Positions 1-9,498 of a stretch of DNA of 64,000 bases are shown here, one piece after another. The DNA comes from an uncultured Gemmatimonadales bacterium. GTDB taxonomy: Bacteria; Gemmatimonadota; Gemmatimonadetes; Gemmatimonadales; GWC2-71-9. The translations under genes were made by a program, and so were the position numbers. Each line of letters starts with the position of its first letter. The stretch's first letter is position 1. The notes under the pieces are model-generated. The model searched no databases and was not told the DNA's origin. It saw nothing but the letters and a program-made list of their open reading frames with translations. The DNA lies in assembly GCA_963779755.1 (NCBI GenBank), contig CAVZZO010000003.1, forward strand, positions 192,001 through 256,000. The letters run 5' to 3'.

Positions 1-290
1 TCGAGCAGCATGGCCAGGTTCACGCCGGTCACCACGCGCACGCGTCCGGTGCCCTTGGCCTGGTGCAGCGCGGCGATGAGGCAGGACCCGCTGGGCATAT
101 CGGTAAAGACCAGGCCGGAGCCGCCCTGAAGCGCCTCGGAAATCCGCGCCTCCAGGGCGCCCCGGTCGCAGTCGGTATTGCTGACGGGCGCCAGCGCCCC
201 GCGCACGCCGCTGATGCTCTCGACCGCGTCGATCATCGCCCGTGCCAGCGTGCCGTGGCACGCCACCACCCCCTGCAACGGCTCACTCAT
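1..290 (-). CDS. PTS mannose/fructose-family EIIA component (3' end outside window)
   Basis: Hand translation from ATG at 290: MSEPLQGVVACHGTLARAMIDAVESISG...LVFTDMPSGS...VVTGVNLAMLL. Has the EIIA-Man HG and GVNLxM motifs; overlaps the hprK stop. Confidence 0.85.
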   Translation of the reverse strand, partial: MSEPLQGVVACHGTLARAMIDAVESISGVRGALAPVSNTDCDRGALEARISEALQGGSGLVFTDMPSGSCLIAALHQAKGTGRVRVVTGVNLAMLL

Positions 291-1248
291 AGTCTTCCTG
301 CAGATATTCCCGGAGCCCGACCTGTTCTTTCATCTTGCGGATCAGGCGTTCGTTGAAGGCGGCCGCCATGTCCACGCCCGAATAGCGCAGCAGGTGGGTC
401 ATGGCGACGACTTCGGCGATGACGGTAATGTTCTTTCCCGGATTGAGCGGTACGATCACCTTGGGGAGCGCCACATCAAGAATGATGGTCGATTCGTGGG
501 TCAGGCCGGTCCGCTCGGCGTCCCTGGCGGTCTCCCAGTCCTCCAGCTGCACGATGACCTCGAGCCGCTTCTGCTGCCGCACCGCCCGCACCCCGAAGAG
601 CTGGGGAATGTCGATCAGCCCGATGCCCCGGATTTCCATGTGGTGCCCGGCCAGTTCATGTCCCTGGCCGATGAGCACGTCCTGCCCCCGGCGGGTGACC
701 CGGACCACGTCGTCGGCCACCAGCCGGTGGCCCCGCTCGACCAGATCGAGCACGCATTCACTCTTTCCGATCCCCGAGCGCCCCACGAACAGCAGGCCCA
801 CACCGTAGACGTCGGCGAGCGAGCCGTGCAGCGTGGTGCTGGGCGCGAAGGCCGCTTCCAGAATGGGCTTGATGCGCCGGTAGAATTCGGCGGTCCTGAG
901 CCGGCTGCGGAAGACGGGCACCTCGCGGGCCAGCGCCAGCTGGAGCAGCTCCGGGGGCACGTCCTGGCCCTTGGTGACGAACAGACACGGCAGATCGAAC
1001 GCGAACAGGCCGTCGAGCGCCCGACTCCGCGCATCGGGATCGAGCGAATGGAGATAGGTGATCTCGGTCTCGCCCAGCACGTGCAGGCGGTCCGGGGCGA
1101 AGCGGGCGGTGTAGCCTGCCAGCGCCAGCCCGGGGCTGGCCACGTCGCTGTCCGGCACCGAGCGGTCGAGCCCCAGCTCGCCCGTCAGCACCTCGAGCTG
1201 CAGCGGGTCACCCCGGCGCGCGAGCAGATCGCGCAGGCGCAGGTTCAC
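283..1248 (-). CDS. hprK: HPr(Ser) kinase/phosphorylase
   Basis: Walker A GRSGIGKSE, LVADD and HHMEIRGIGLID signatures; adjacent to PTS IIA. Confidence 0.97.
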   Translation of the reverse strand: MNLRLRDLLARRGDPLQLEVLTGELGLDRSVPDSDVASPGLALAGYTARFAPDRLHVLGETEITYLHSLDPDARSRALDGLFAFDLPCLFVTKGQDVPPELLQLALAREVPVFRSRLRTAEFYRRIKPILEAAFAPSTTLHGSLADVYGVGLLFVGRSGIGKSECVLDLVERGHRLVADDVVRVTRRGQDVLIGQGHELAGHHMEIRGIGLIDIPQLFGVRAVRQQKRLEVIVQLEDWETARDAERTGLTHESTIILDVALPKVIVPLNPGKNITVIAEVVAMTHLLRYSGVDMAAAFNERLIRKMKEQVGLREYLQEDYE

Positions 1249-1553
1249 GCCAGATCGACCTGGGGACGCTGCCGCGGCCGAGTGAAGGCCTTGTCGAGCT
1301 GGTGGCGAAGCCGCTCTTCCGCCCGGTCGAGCGCGGTGCGGTGGTCCGGCCCTTCGCCGGTGGCCACGAACGTCTTGCCCCGCGCCACATGCAGCCGCAC
1401 TTCGGCGGAAGCCAGCTTATGGTCGCTTTCGAAAACCACGGTGCACTCGACCGGTCGCTGCGCGAAACTCCCGAGCCGGCTGATGATCTGTTCGGCGCGG
1501 TCTTTCAGATCTTCCGGGATTTCGCAATGGCGGGCGGTAATGGTCGTGTGCAT
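1245..1553 (-). CDS. hpf: Ribosome hibernation promoting factor (HPF/RaiA family, short form)
   Basis: 102 aa, ITARH N-terminus and ALDRAEERLRHQL helix; GGAG SD upstream. Confidence 0.88.
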   Translation of the reverse strand: MHTTITARHCEIPEDLKDRAEQIISRLGSFAQRPVECTVVFESDHKLASAEVRLHVARGKTFVATGEGPDHRTALDRAEERLRHQLDKAFTRPRQRPQVDLA

Positions 1554-1566
1554 GAGGTCTCCTCCA

Positions 1567-2685
1567 TCAGAAACGGGGTGAACCCGTCAGCAGGCTCTGT
1601 AAGTGTGCTTCGGTCTCTTCGGCGGTTCGGTCCCAGCTCAGATGCTCGGCGAAACACCGGCCCTGCGTTCCCAGGCGCTCCACCAGGGCCGGATCGCCGG
1701 CCAGCTCCAGCATCCGTGCGGCGAGCGCATCGGCATCGCCGTGCGGCACCAGATAGCCGGTCTCGCCGTGGCGGCAGGAGTCGCGCAGCCCGGGGCTGTC
1801 GGACACCAGCGACGGCGTGCCGCATGCCGCCGCCTCCACCACGGTAATACCCCAGCCCTCCTTGGGCGACGGCAGCACGTTGGCCCAGGTCTGCCGCAGC
1901 TGGGTGAGCTTCTGCGCTTCCGTCACGAATCCCAGAAATCGTACGGCAACCTCCTGGCCCAGCGTGCGGGCCAGTCGTTCCAGCCGGGCACGGTCTTCGC
2001 CGGTCCCGGCGATATGTAAAATAAGGTCAGGGCGGTGCCGGCGGGCGCGGGCCAGCGCGCGGATCGCCACGTCCACCCCCTTGTACCGGCGGAGCCGCCC
2101 CAGGTACAGGAAGGAGGGTGGGTCGGTTCGCCTCTCCGGGCCGGGGGTAAACCAGGCGCTGTCCACGCCGGGGTGGATCACCCGGATGCGCTCCGCCGCG
2201 ACCCCACGGGCAACCAGATCGTCCCGGGTGCTTTCGCTGATGGCCTGGAAGGCGGCGCGGCGGTAGCAGCGCGGAATGGGGCGTTCGGCGGCCCAGACCA
2301 GCGTAGCCACCGGCAGCGAGGCTTCACGGAAGATGGTGTCGCCAAAGAGATGGGGGACAATCACGTAGAGCGGCCGGCCGGTCATGCCGCTCAGGAAGAG
2401 CGGCAGCTTGTTGATGTCCTCCACCAGGATATCGGGTGTTTCCTGCGCCAGCGCCCGCCGCACCGCCCCGCGCCCTCGGAGGGTAAAGCTGTTCCGGTTT
2501 CCCACCCGGGTTACTTCGATGCCCTGCACCTCCGCCTGGCGAGCCGCACCGTCCCAGCCGGAACAGACCAGCCGCACGCGATGCCCGCGGGTCACCAGCC
2601 GGCTGAAGATCTCGAAGAGGTGAACCTCCGCGCCGCCGGCATGGGGGTTCTCCCGGTCCGACCAGTTCACCAGCAGCAGATTCAC
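1567..2685 (-). CDS. Glycosyltransferase family 4 (GT-B)
   Basis: Likely GTG start overlapping the nusB stop; HAGGAE, GRLRRYKG and EGWGITVVEAAACG motifs. Confidence 0.92.
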   Translation of the reverse strand: MNLLLVNWSDRENPHAGGAEVHLFEIFSRLVTRGHRVRLVCSGWDGAARQAEVQGIEVTRVGNRNSFTLRGRGAVRRALAQETPDILVEDINKLPLFLSGMTGRPLYVIVPHLFGDTIFREASLPVATLVWAAERPIPRCYRRAAFQAISESTRDDLVARGVAAERIRVIHPGVDSAWFTPGPERRTDPPSFLYLGRLRRYKGVDVAIRALARARRHRPDLILHIAGTGEDRARLERLARTLGQEVAVRFLGFVTEAQKLTQLRQTWANVLPSPKEGWGITVVEAAACGTPSLVSDSPGLRDSCRHGETGYLVPHGDADALAARMLELAGDPALVERLGTQGRCFAEHLSWDRTAEETEAHLQSLLTGSPRF

Positions 2686-3092
2686 AGGGAGCCCATGGTA
2701 TGGGCCACCCGATCCAGCACGCCGTTCACGAAGGCGGGCGACTTGGGACCACCGAACCAGTGTGCCAGCTGGACCGCTTCGTTGATGATCACCTTGGGCG
2801 GCGCCGTTTCCGCCCGCAGCTCCCAGGTGGCCAGGCGGAGAATGTTCCGCTCGATGGCGCCCAGCCGCTCCAGCCGCCAGTGCTCGGCGGCGGTCGCGAT
2901 TTCGTCGTCCAGCACCTCCCGCTCGGCGGCAACCTTCCCGGCGAGTACTTCGGCCTCCTGCAGGCCGCGGGGCACACATCCGGCCACCCGCACCAGGCCG
3001 GTGGCCGCCGCGGGAATAGGCCCGGCCTTGAGCTCGGCGGCGTAGAGGAGCTGCAGGGCCCGGGCCCGGACGCGGGTGCGCGGCCTACGCAT
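2682..3092 (-). CDS. nusB: Transcription antitermination factor NusB
   Basis: RARALQLLY, ERNILRLA, INEAVQLA, FVNGVLD; follows ribH. Confidence 0.96.
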   Translation of the reverse strand: MRRPRTRVRARALQLLYAAELKAGPIPAAATGLVRVAGCVPRGLQEAEVLAGKVAAEREVLDDEIATAAEHWRLERLGAIERNILRLATWELRAETAPPKVIINEAVQLAHWFGGPKSPAFVNGVLDRVAHTMGSL

Positions 3093-3558
3093 GGGCGGAC
3101 TGGAACTGGGCCAGCAGGTCGGCCGTCCGGAGCGCCGCCTCGGCCGCCTCGTGGCCCTTGTTGCCCGCGGTGCCGCCGGCGCGGGCCAGGGCCTGGTCCA
3201 TGGTCTCGACCGTCAACACGCCGAAGCCCACCGGCAGCAGGTTCCGGGAGGCAACCTCGCGCAGCCCCCGGGCCGCCTCACCGGCCACGTAGTCGAAGTG
3301 GGGGGTTTCGCCCCGGATCACCGCCCCCAGCGCCACCAGGCACCGGTACCGGCCGGACGCCGCCGCCACCGCCGCCACCGCCGGCAACTCGAACGCTCCG
3401 GGCACCCACAACACGTCGATTTCGGCGGCGGGGATCCCGGCTTCGGCGCAGCAGGCCTGGGCCCCGGCCAGAAGCCGGCTGGTGACCATCTCGTTGTAGC
3501 GGCTGACCAGGAGCGCCACCCGTCCCGTGGGGCGCAGGCGGCCGGAGAGCTCAGGCAC
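3085..3558 (-). CDS. ribH: 6,7-dimethyl-8-ribityllumazine synthase
   Basis: VPGAFELP, GAVIRGETPHFDYV, GNKG; GTG start at 3558. Confidence 0.96.
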   Translation of the reverse strand: MPELSGRLRPTGRVALLVSRYNEMVTSRLLAGAQACCAEAGIPAAEIDVLWVPGAFELPAVAAVAAASGRYRCLVALGAVIRGETPHFDYVAGEAARGLREVASRNLLPVGFGVLTVETMDQALARAGGTAGNKGHEAAEAALRTADLLAQFQSAHA

Positions 3559-3560
3559 GG

Positions 3561-4769
3561 TCAGGAGGCGGGCAGAAGGTGGCCCAGCTTGTCGCGCTTG
3601 GTGTCGAGGTAGTTGCGGTTCTCGACGTTGGGATCGGTCTGCAGGGGCAAGCGTTCGACGATCTGCAGGCCATAGCCGTCGAGACCCACGAGTTTGCGGG
3701 GATTGTTGGTCATGATCCGGATGGACGAGAGACCCAGATCGCGCAGGATCTGGGCACCGATGCCATAGTTCCGCAGGTCGGCGCCGAAGCCGAGCCGGGC
3801 GTTCGCCTCGACCGTGTCGTTGCCCTGGTCCTGCAGCGCATAGGCGCGGACCTTGTTGAGCAGCCCGATCCCGCGTCCTTCCTGGTCGAGATAGACGATC
3901 ACCCCACGCCCCTCCTGGCCGATGAGCTTCATGGCGGCGTGCAGCTGCGGGCCGCAGTCGCAGCGCATGGAGCCGAAGACGTCGCCGGTGAGACACTTGG
4001 AGTGCATGCGCACCAGAATGCCGGGTTGGCCCGCGACTTCGCCGTGCACCAGCGCCACGTGCTCCGCGCGGTCGACGTCGTTGCGGTACCCGATGATGCG
4101 GAACTCGCCGAACTCGGTGGGCAGCCGGGCCTCCGCCACCCGGTGCACCAGCTTTTCGGTCTGCAGCCGGTAGGCCACCAGCTGAGCCACGGTAATGAAC
4201 GTGAGGCCGTGCTCCCGGGCAAAACGCTCGAGCTGGGGCCGGCGCGCCATGGTGCCGTCGTGATTGAGAATTTCGCAGATCACCCCGGCCGGGTAGAGCC
4301 CCGCCAGCCGGGCCAGGTCCACACTGGCCTCGGTCTGCCCCACGCGCTGCAGCACACCGCCGGGACGGGCGCGCAGCGGAAAGACGTGCCCCGGGCGGCG
4401 CAGATCCTCGGGACGGGTGCGGGGATGAATGCAGACGTGAATCGTGGCCGAGCGATCGGCGGCGGAAATGCCGGTGGTGACCCCGAAACGGCGCTCGGCA
4501 TCCACGCTGACGGTGAAGGCGGTTCCCAGCGCCTCAGTGTTCTGCTCCGCCATCTGGGAGAGCCCCAGATCGTCGCAGCGTTCCGGCGCCAGGGCCAGAC
4601 AGATGAGCCCGCGCCCGTAGGTCGCCATGAAGTTGACCGTCTCGGGCGTGACCAACTCGGCCGCGCAGACGAGGTCGCCTTCGTTCTCGCGATCCTCGTC
4701 ATCGGCCACGATGACAATCTTGCCGTTGCGCAGGTCCTCGATGGCCTGCTCGACCGTCCCGAATTTCAT
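3561..4769 (-). CDS. ribBA: Bifunctional DHBP synthase / GTP cyclohydrolase II
   Basis: [46 protein letters not shown]. Confidence 0.98.
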   Translation of the reverse strand: MKFGTVEQAIEDLRNGKIVIVADDEDRENEGDLVCAAELVTPETVNFMATYGRGLICLALAPERCDDLGLSQMAEQNTEALGTAFTVSVDAERRFGVTTGISAADRSATIHVCIHPRTRPEDLRRPGHVFPLRARPGGVLQRVGQTEASVDLARLAGLYPAGVICEILNHDGTMARRPQLERFAREHGLTFITVAQLVAYRLQTEKLVHRVAEARLPTEFGEFRIIGYRNDVDRAEHVALVHGEVAGQPGILVRMHSKCLTGDVFGSMRCDCGPQLHAAMKLIGQEGRGVIVYLDQEGRGIGLLNKVRAYALQDQGNDTVEANARLGFGADLRNYGIGAQILRDLGLSSIRIMTNNPRKLVGLDGYGLQIVERLPLQTDPNVENRNYLDTKRDKLGHLLPAS

Positions 4770-4801
4770 AGTTTGACCCAGGCTAAGCCGCCGACGGGCA
4801 A

Positions 4802-5401
4802 TTACTTATCCTCCCGTCGCTGCTGTAAGATAGCCTGAACATACCGTCCGATCATATCCCCTTCGAGATGGACCCGGTCGCCCGGCACCAGATCGCCCAG
4901 CGTGGTCTCGGCCAGTGTGTGGGGGATGAGCGAGACCTGTACCGTGTCGGGGGCGGGCCGGGCATTTACCGTGAGGCTTACGCCATCCACCGTGATGGAC
5001 CCGAGCGGCACGGAGAGGAGCGCGATATCGGCGGGCACCTGGAGGTCGATCAGCACCGCATCGTCCCGGCGGCCGACCCGCCGGACCCGTCCGATTCCCT
5101 CCACATGCCCCTGCACCAGATGCCCGCCCAGGCGGTCGCCCAGGCGCAGAGCCCGCTCCAGATTGACCAGCTGGCCTTCGGCCGCATCGCCAAAACGGGT
5201 ACGGTCGAGCGATGACTGGACCACGTGCACCCGGAAGGCCGCCCCGTCCCGCGCGGTGACGGTAAGGCAGGCGCCGTCGACGGCGATGCTCTCGCCGATC
5301 GCCAGGTCTTTCCAGGGCGATTCGATGACCAGCTCCAGGCCGTTGGCATCCCGGTGACTCTGCGCGATGCGCCCGACTGCGGTCACAAGGCCGGTGAACA
5401 T
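4802..5401 (-). CDS. ribE: Riboflavin synthase (alpha chain)
   Basis: MFTGLV start at 5401, VDGACLTV, GGHLVQGHV. Confidence 0.96.
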   Translation of the reverse strand: MFTGLVTAVGRIAQSHRDANGLELVIESPWKDLAIGESIAVDGACLTVTARDGAAFRVHVVQSSLDRTRFGDAAEGQLVNLERALRLGDRLGGHLVQGHVEGIGRVRRVGRRDDAVLIDLQVPADIALLSVPLGSITVDGVSLTVNARPAPDTVQVSLIPHTLAETTLGDLVPGDRVHLEGDMIGRYVQAILQQRREDK

Positions 5402-6465
5402 GGCTCCCGATCCAGTACGAGCAAGGTGTCCTGTCCCAGCGGGCGGCGTTCGGCTACCTGCCAGCGCTCCACTCCGGGCAGCGGCGGCGAGGGCAACGAA
5501 TGATAGGCAGGAACGCCCGCCTCTCCCAGCCACAGCGGCGCCTGCACCCAGTAGAAGCGGTCCACCAGTCCTCCCCGCAGCAGCGCGCCGGCCAGCCGGC
5601 CGCCGCCCTCCACCAGCAGCGAGGTAATACCGGCCTGGCGGAGCGCCTTGAGCGCCTCCTCCGGCTCGCCGGCCACGATGACTTCGGCGCCGCGGGCCTG
5701 CCATGCCGCCAGGGTGTCGGCTGGCGCGCCGCCGGTGACGATGACGGGCGGCGGCGCTTCCTGCCACAGCCGGAGCGCGTTGGACAGGCGTCCTCCACGA
5801 TCGAAAATCACCCGGCGGGGTGGGATGCGCGGGGTCAGATCGCCCCGGACGGTGAGGCGCGCATCGTCGACCATGGCGGTATGGGCGCCGACGCCCAGGG
5901 CGTCGAAGCCGGCGCGGAGCCAGTGGGTCCAGGCCCGGGCGGGCTCGCCGGAGATCCACTGCGAACCGCCGCGGGGGTCGGCGATACGGCCGTCGATGCT
6001 GGTGGCCAGCTTGAGCGCCACGAAGGGACGCTCCTGATTGCGGACCCGGTGGAGAAAGATGGCATTCTGGCGGCAGGCTTCCTCGCCCAGCAGCCCGATC
6101 TCCACCTCCAGCCCCCGGCTCCGGAGCAGCGCGACCCCGCCGGCGGCGAGGGGGTTGGGATCGCGTTGGGCGATGACCACACGGCCGATGCCCGCGGCGA
6201 TGATCGCGTCGGTGCAGGGCGGCTGCTGCCCCTGGTGCGCGCAGGGCTCGAGGGTGACCACCAGCGTGGCCCCTCGAGCCCCATCGCCGGCCTGCTGCAA
6301 CGCGGCCGGCTCGGCATGCAGACCGCCGAATTCGGCGTGATACCCCTCGCCCGCGACTTTCCTGCCCTGCAGCACGACAGCGCCGACCAGGGGATTGGGG
6401 TGCACCCTGCCCCACCCCTTCCAGGCCAGCGCCAGCGCGCGCCTCATGGCATCGGCTTCAGTCAT
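5383..6465 (-). CDS. ribD: Diaminohydroxyphosphoribosylaminopyrimidine deaminase/reductase
   Basis: PNPLVGAV, HAE, TLEPCAHQGQQPPC, LLVEGG. Confidence 0.97.
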   Translation of the reverse strand: MTEADAMRRALALAWKGWGRVHPNPLVGAVVLQGRKVAGEGYHAEFGGLHAEPAALQQAGDGARGATLVVTLEPCAHQGQQPPCTDAIIAAGIGRVVIAQRDPNPLAAGGVALLRSRGLEVEIGLLGEEACRQNAIFLHRVRNQERPFVALKLATSIDGRIADPRGGSQWISGEPARAWTHWLRAGFDALGVGAHTAMVDDARLTVRGDLTPRIPPRRVIFDRGGRLSNALRLWQEAPPPVIVTGGAPADTLAAWQARGAEVIVAGEPEEALKALRQAGITSLLVEGGGRLAGALLRGGLVDRFYWVQAPLWLGEAGVPAYHSLPSPPLPGVERWQVAERRPLGQDTLLVLDREPCSPAL

Positions 6466-6472
6466 GATGACC

Positions 6473-6558
6473 CCCCCTCGACGCTCTTGACCCTCTCGAC
6501 CCTCTCGACCGGCCCTCGATGGTCGAGGAGGTCGAGAGGGTCGAGGGGGTCGGAGGGA
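6473..6558. repeat. Inverted pair of tandem 9-mer arrays, (CCCTCTCGA)x4 ... (TCGAGAGGG)x4
   Basis: ccccctcga cgctcttga ccctctcga ccctctcga, spacer, tcgaggagg tcgagaggg tcgaggggg tcggaggga; intergenic, just upstream of ribD. Confidence 0.9.
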
Positions 6559-6575
6559 ACACTCTCAGGCTCCGC

Positions 6576-7541
6576 TCACAACGAGAGGCGCAGGCCCACC
6601 CCGCCGAAGACCTTGCCCGCGGTCGTGTCGTAGTTGTCGAAATTGGTGGTCAGGTTCTGGTCCTTGCCCAGTTGATAGCCGATCTCCCCCACCAGCTTCA
6701 CCAGGGGCAAGTCCAGGCTCACATCCGCGAAGCCCATGTAGCGGGTGTTGCTGAGCACGACGTTCTCGGTATGCACCGCCCCCACCTGCGGCGGGTCCTG
6801 GAATTCGATCACGGCATCGCCGGTGTACTTGTCCAGCCCCAGGCCGGCGGCCAGGTTGAGCACCAGGATCTTCTTGCTCGCCACCGCCCGCAGGTTGGTG
6901 GCGTGCAGATCCACGGAGTAGGTGAAATTATCGCCCTGGGCGAGATCGCCGTAGCCGATCCGCGGAATGTCCCGGCGCATGATGCTCACCGAGACATCCG
7001 GCAGGATCATGGTGCCCCGCAACACGCCGATCCGGGCTCCGTAGCCCAGCCCCAGCGCCACATTCCCGATATGACGGGAGCCCGCGTCCACCGTGAGGTT
7101 GTCGATCTGCGTGGTGGGCAGCAGTTGGGCCGAGGCGAGCGCATCCAGAGACAGCAGCCCGCCGGCCAGACCTTTCCACAGGCCCAGCGCTCCTTCCACC
7201 AGCGGCACGGGCGCTACCATGTTCTCGCCCGACGGGACGCTGCCGGTGCCGTTGTAGTTGAGATCGGGCAGCTGCACCCGGGTGGCGTTCACCCGGGCGG
7301 TGAGCGAGAAGTGGCCCAGGCCCCCGAGCGTGCCGGCGGTCCCGATGACCGGGTTCCCGCCGCTCACCAGCAGGCCCACCACGGGATGGAACGCGCGGGT
7401 TCCATCCACCGCGGCGTTACAGATATTGGTGGTCTCTGTGGTACTGAGACCGACGCACTGCTGGCTGGGGCCGCCGGGAGCGGCGGACTGCGCGGCCGCC
7501 GGCGCGGCCAGCACCGCCAGAGCAAACAGAGAGTAGCGCAT
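6576..7541 (-). CDS. Hypothetical exported protein, probable outer-membrane beta-barrel
   Basis: Signal peptide (AAAQ), alternating amphipathic strands, C-terminal GVGLRLSL; GAGG SD. Confidence 0.7.
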   Translation of the reverse strand: MRYSLFALAVLAAPAAAQSAAPGGPSQQCVGLSTTETTNICNAAVDGTRAFHPVVGLLVSGGNPVIGTAGTLGGLGHFSLTARVNATRVQLPDLNYNGTGSVPSGENMVAPVPLVEGALGLWKGLAGGLLSLDALASAQLLPTTQIDNLTVDAGSRHIGNVALGLGYGARIGVLRGTMILPDVSVSIMRRDIPRIGYGDLAQGDNFTYSVDLHATNLRAVASKKILVLNLAAGLGLDKYTGDAVIEFQDPPQVGAVHTENVVLSNTRYMGFADVSLDLPLVKLVGEIGYQLGKDQNLTTNFDNYDTTAGKVFGGVGLRLSL

Positions 7542-7547
7542 GCGTCC

Positions 7548-8576
7548 TCACTCGCGGGCGAAGCGCACCGTCCCGCTGCCGGGACGCACCTCGCCCATGG
7601 TCCAGGTCGAGACTCCGGCTATGGCCGCGGCACGCTCTGCCTCGGCCACGTGCTCCGGAGGGAGGACGGCGATGAAGCCCACTCCGAGATTGAAGACTTC
7701 GCGCATCTCGGCCGTGGCGACCCCGCCCTCCTCCTGCAGAAAGCGGAAGAGCGGCGGCAACTCCCAGCGTGCCGGATCCACCACCGCATCGACGTCGGCG
7801 GGCAATATCCGGACCAGGTTGCCGGGTATCCCGCCGCCGGTGATGTGGGCCAGGCCATGGACCCGCGCCAGGATGGGGCTAACCGCCTGATAGTAGCTCT
7901 GATGCACCGCCAGGAGCGCATCGGCCACCGAACGGCCGGTGGTCCCCAACGGGCTCTCCAGCGCCAGCTTCGCCTGATCGAAAACAATGCGGCGTGCCAG
8001 GCTGTATCCATTGGTATGCAGGCCGGTCGAGCCATAGGCAAGAAGCACATCGCCGGGGCGGATTGCATCGCCGTGCAGGGCGGCATCTTCTTCCACCACA
8101 CCGACAATCGTTCCCGCCAGATCGTAGTGCCCCGGCTGGTAGAGGCCGGGCATCTGGGCGGTCTCCCCGCCGGCCAGATCCATGTCGTGCCGGCGGCAGG
8201 CGCGCGCGATCCCTTCGACCAGGCCCGCGATGGCGGTCACCTCGAGATCGGCACTGGCCAGATAGTCGAGAAACGCCAGCGGCCGGGCGCCGTGTACCAG
8301 AATATCGTTGACGCTGTGGTTGACCAGGTCTTCGCCCACCGTGTCGTAGCGGCCGGCGGCGGCCGCCACCAGCACCTTGGTACCGACGCCATCGGTGCTC
8401 AGCACCAGCACGGGCCGGCGCATGCCCTCCGGCAGCCGCACCATGCCGCCGAACCCGCCGATCCGTCCCAGGCTCCGGGGCGTGCGGGCGCTCCGCACCA
8501 GCTCGGCGATCCGCCGCTTGGCCAGATCGGCGCCGGCCAGATCCACACCCGCGGCGGCGTAGCGGGGGCCGGTCAC
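7548..8576 (-). CDS. purM: Phosphoribosylaminoimidazole (AIR) synthetase
   Basis: YAAAGVD, STDGVGTK, GGETAQMPG, GLHTNGYSL, AHITGGG. Confidence 0.98.
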   Translation of the reverse strand: MTGPRYAAAGVDLAGADLAKRRIAELVRSARTPRSLGRIGGFGGMVRLPEGMRRPVLVLSTDGVGTKVLVAAAAGRYDTVGEDLVNHSVNDILVHGARPLAFLDYLASADLEVTAIAGLVEGIARACRRHDMDLAGGETAQMPGLYQPGHYDLAGTIVGVVEEDAALHGDAIRPGDVLLAYGSTGLHTNGYSLARRIVFDQAKLALESPLGTTGRSVADALLAVHQSYYQAVSPILARVHGLAHITGGGIPGNLVRILPADVDAVVDPARWELPPLFRFLQEEGGVATAEMREVFNLGVGFIAVLPPEHVAEAERAAAIAGVSTWTMGEVRPGSGTVRFARE

Positions 8577-9493
8577 GGAATGGGCTCCGCCAGCGAGACG
8601 TGGGTGAGATCGCGGAACTGCTGCACCCGGGTTTCCACGTCGCTGCGCTCCACCGCGTCAAAACCGCGGATGCCGAACCGCGCCACCGCGTAGGAGCCCA
8701 TGGCCGCGCCGTATACCATGGCGCGCCGCAGGTTGTCGCTGGAGAGATCGTCGGTGCCCGCCAGCCAGCCCATGAAGCCGCCGGCGAAGGCGTCGCCCGC
8801 GCCGGTGGGGTCGAAGACCTCCTCCAGCGGGAACGCCGGTACGTAGAAGGTGCGGCCTGCCTCCAGCAGCAGCGCGCCGTATTCGCCCTGCTTGATCACC
8901 ACGCGGCTGGGCCCGTGCCGCAGGATCCAGCGTCCGGCGCGGTGAATATTCCAGTCCCCGGAGAGTTCGCGCGCTTCGCCGTCGTTCACCATGAGGATGT
9001 CCACCTGCTCCAGCAGCTTCAGCAGCTGGGGACGTTTGCTCTGGATCCAGTAGTTCATGGTGTCGCAGGCCACCAGGCGCGGCCGCGTGATCTGGTCCAG
9101 CACTCCGAGCTGCAGCTCCGGATCGATGTTGCCGAGAAAGACGTACTCCAGGGCACGATAGGTATCGGGCAGCCGGGGCTGGAAGTCGGCGAAGACGCCC
9201 AGCCGGGTCTCCAGCGTTTCCCGGCTCTGGAGGTCGTACGAGTATTTCCCTTTCCAGCGGAAGCTCTCGCCCTCGGCATGCTGCACACCGCTCCAGTCGA
9301 TGCCGCGGGGCGCGAGCCTTTCCAGCTCGCCCATGGGGTAGTCCTGCCCCACCACCCCGACCACCTGCACCGGGTGGAGCAGCGAGCCCGCCACGCTGAA
9401 GTACACGGCAGAGCCGCCCAGCGCATCGGCGGTCTCCCCGAAGGGGGTATAGACGGAATCGAGCGCGACACTCCCTACCACGAGCAGGCTCAT
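8573..9493 (-). CDS. PfkB/ribokinase-family carbohydrate kinase
   Basis: MSLLVVGSVALD start at 9493, LGGSA, DPTGAGDAFAGG. Confidence 0.93.
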   Translation of the reverse strand: MSLLVVGSVALDSVYTPFGETADALGGSAVYFSVAGSLLHPVQVVGVVGQDYPMGELERLAPRGIDWSGVQHAEGESFRWKGKYSYDLQSRETLETRLGVFADFQPRLPDTYRALEYVFLGNIDPELQLGVLDQITRPRLVACDTMNYWIQSKRPQLLKLLEQVDILMVNDGEARELSGDWNIHRAGRWILRHGPSRVVIKQGEYGALLLEAGRTFYVPAFPLEEVFDPTGAGDAFAGGFMGWLAGTDDLSSDNLRRAMVYGAAMGSYAVARFGIRGFDAVERSDVETRVQQFRDLTHVSLAEPIP

Positions 9494-9498
9494 GCGGA

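Noticed and set aside
6466..6575. FMN riboswitch upstream of the rib operon
   Set aside because: No conserved FMN aptamer segments seen; the spacer is occupied by the 9-mer inverted array.
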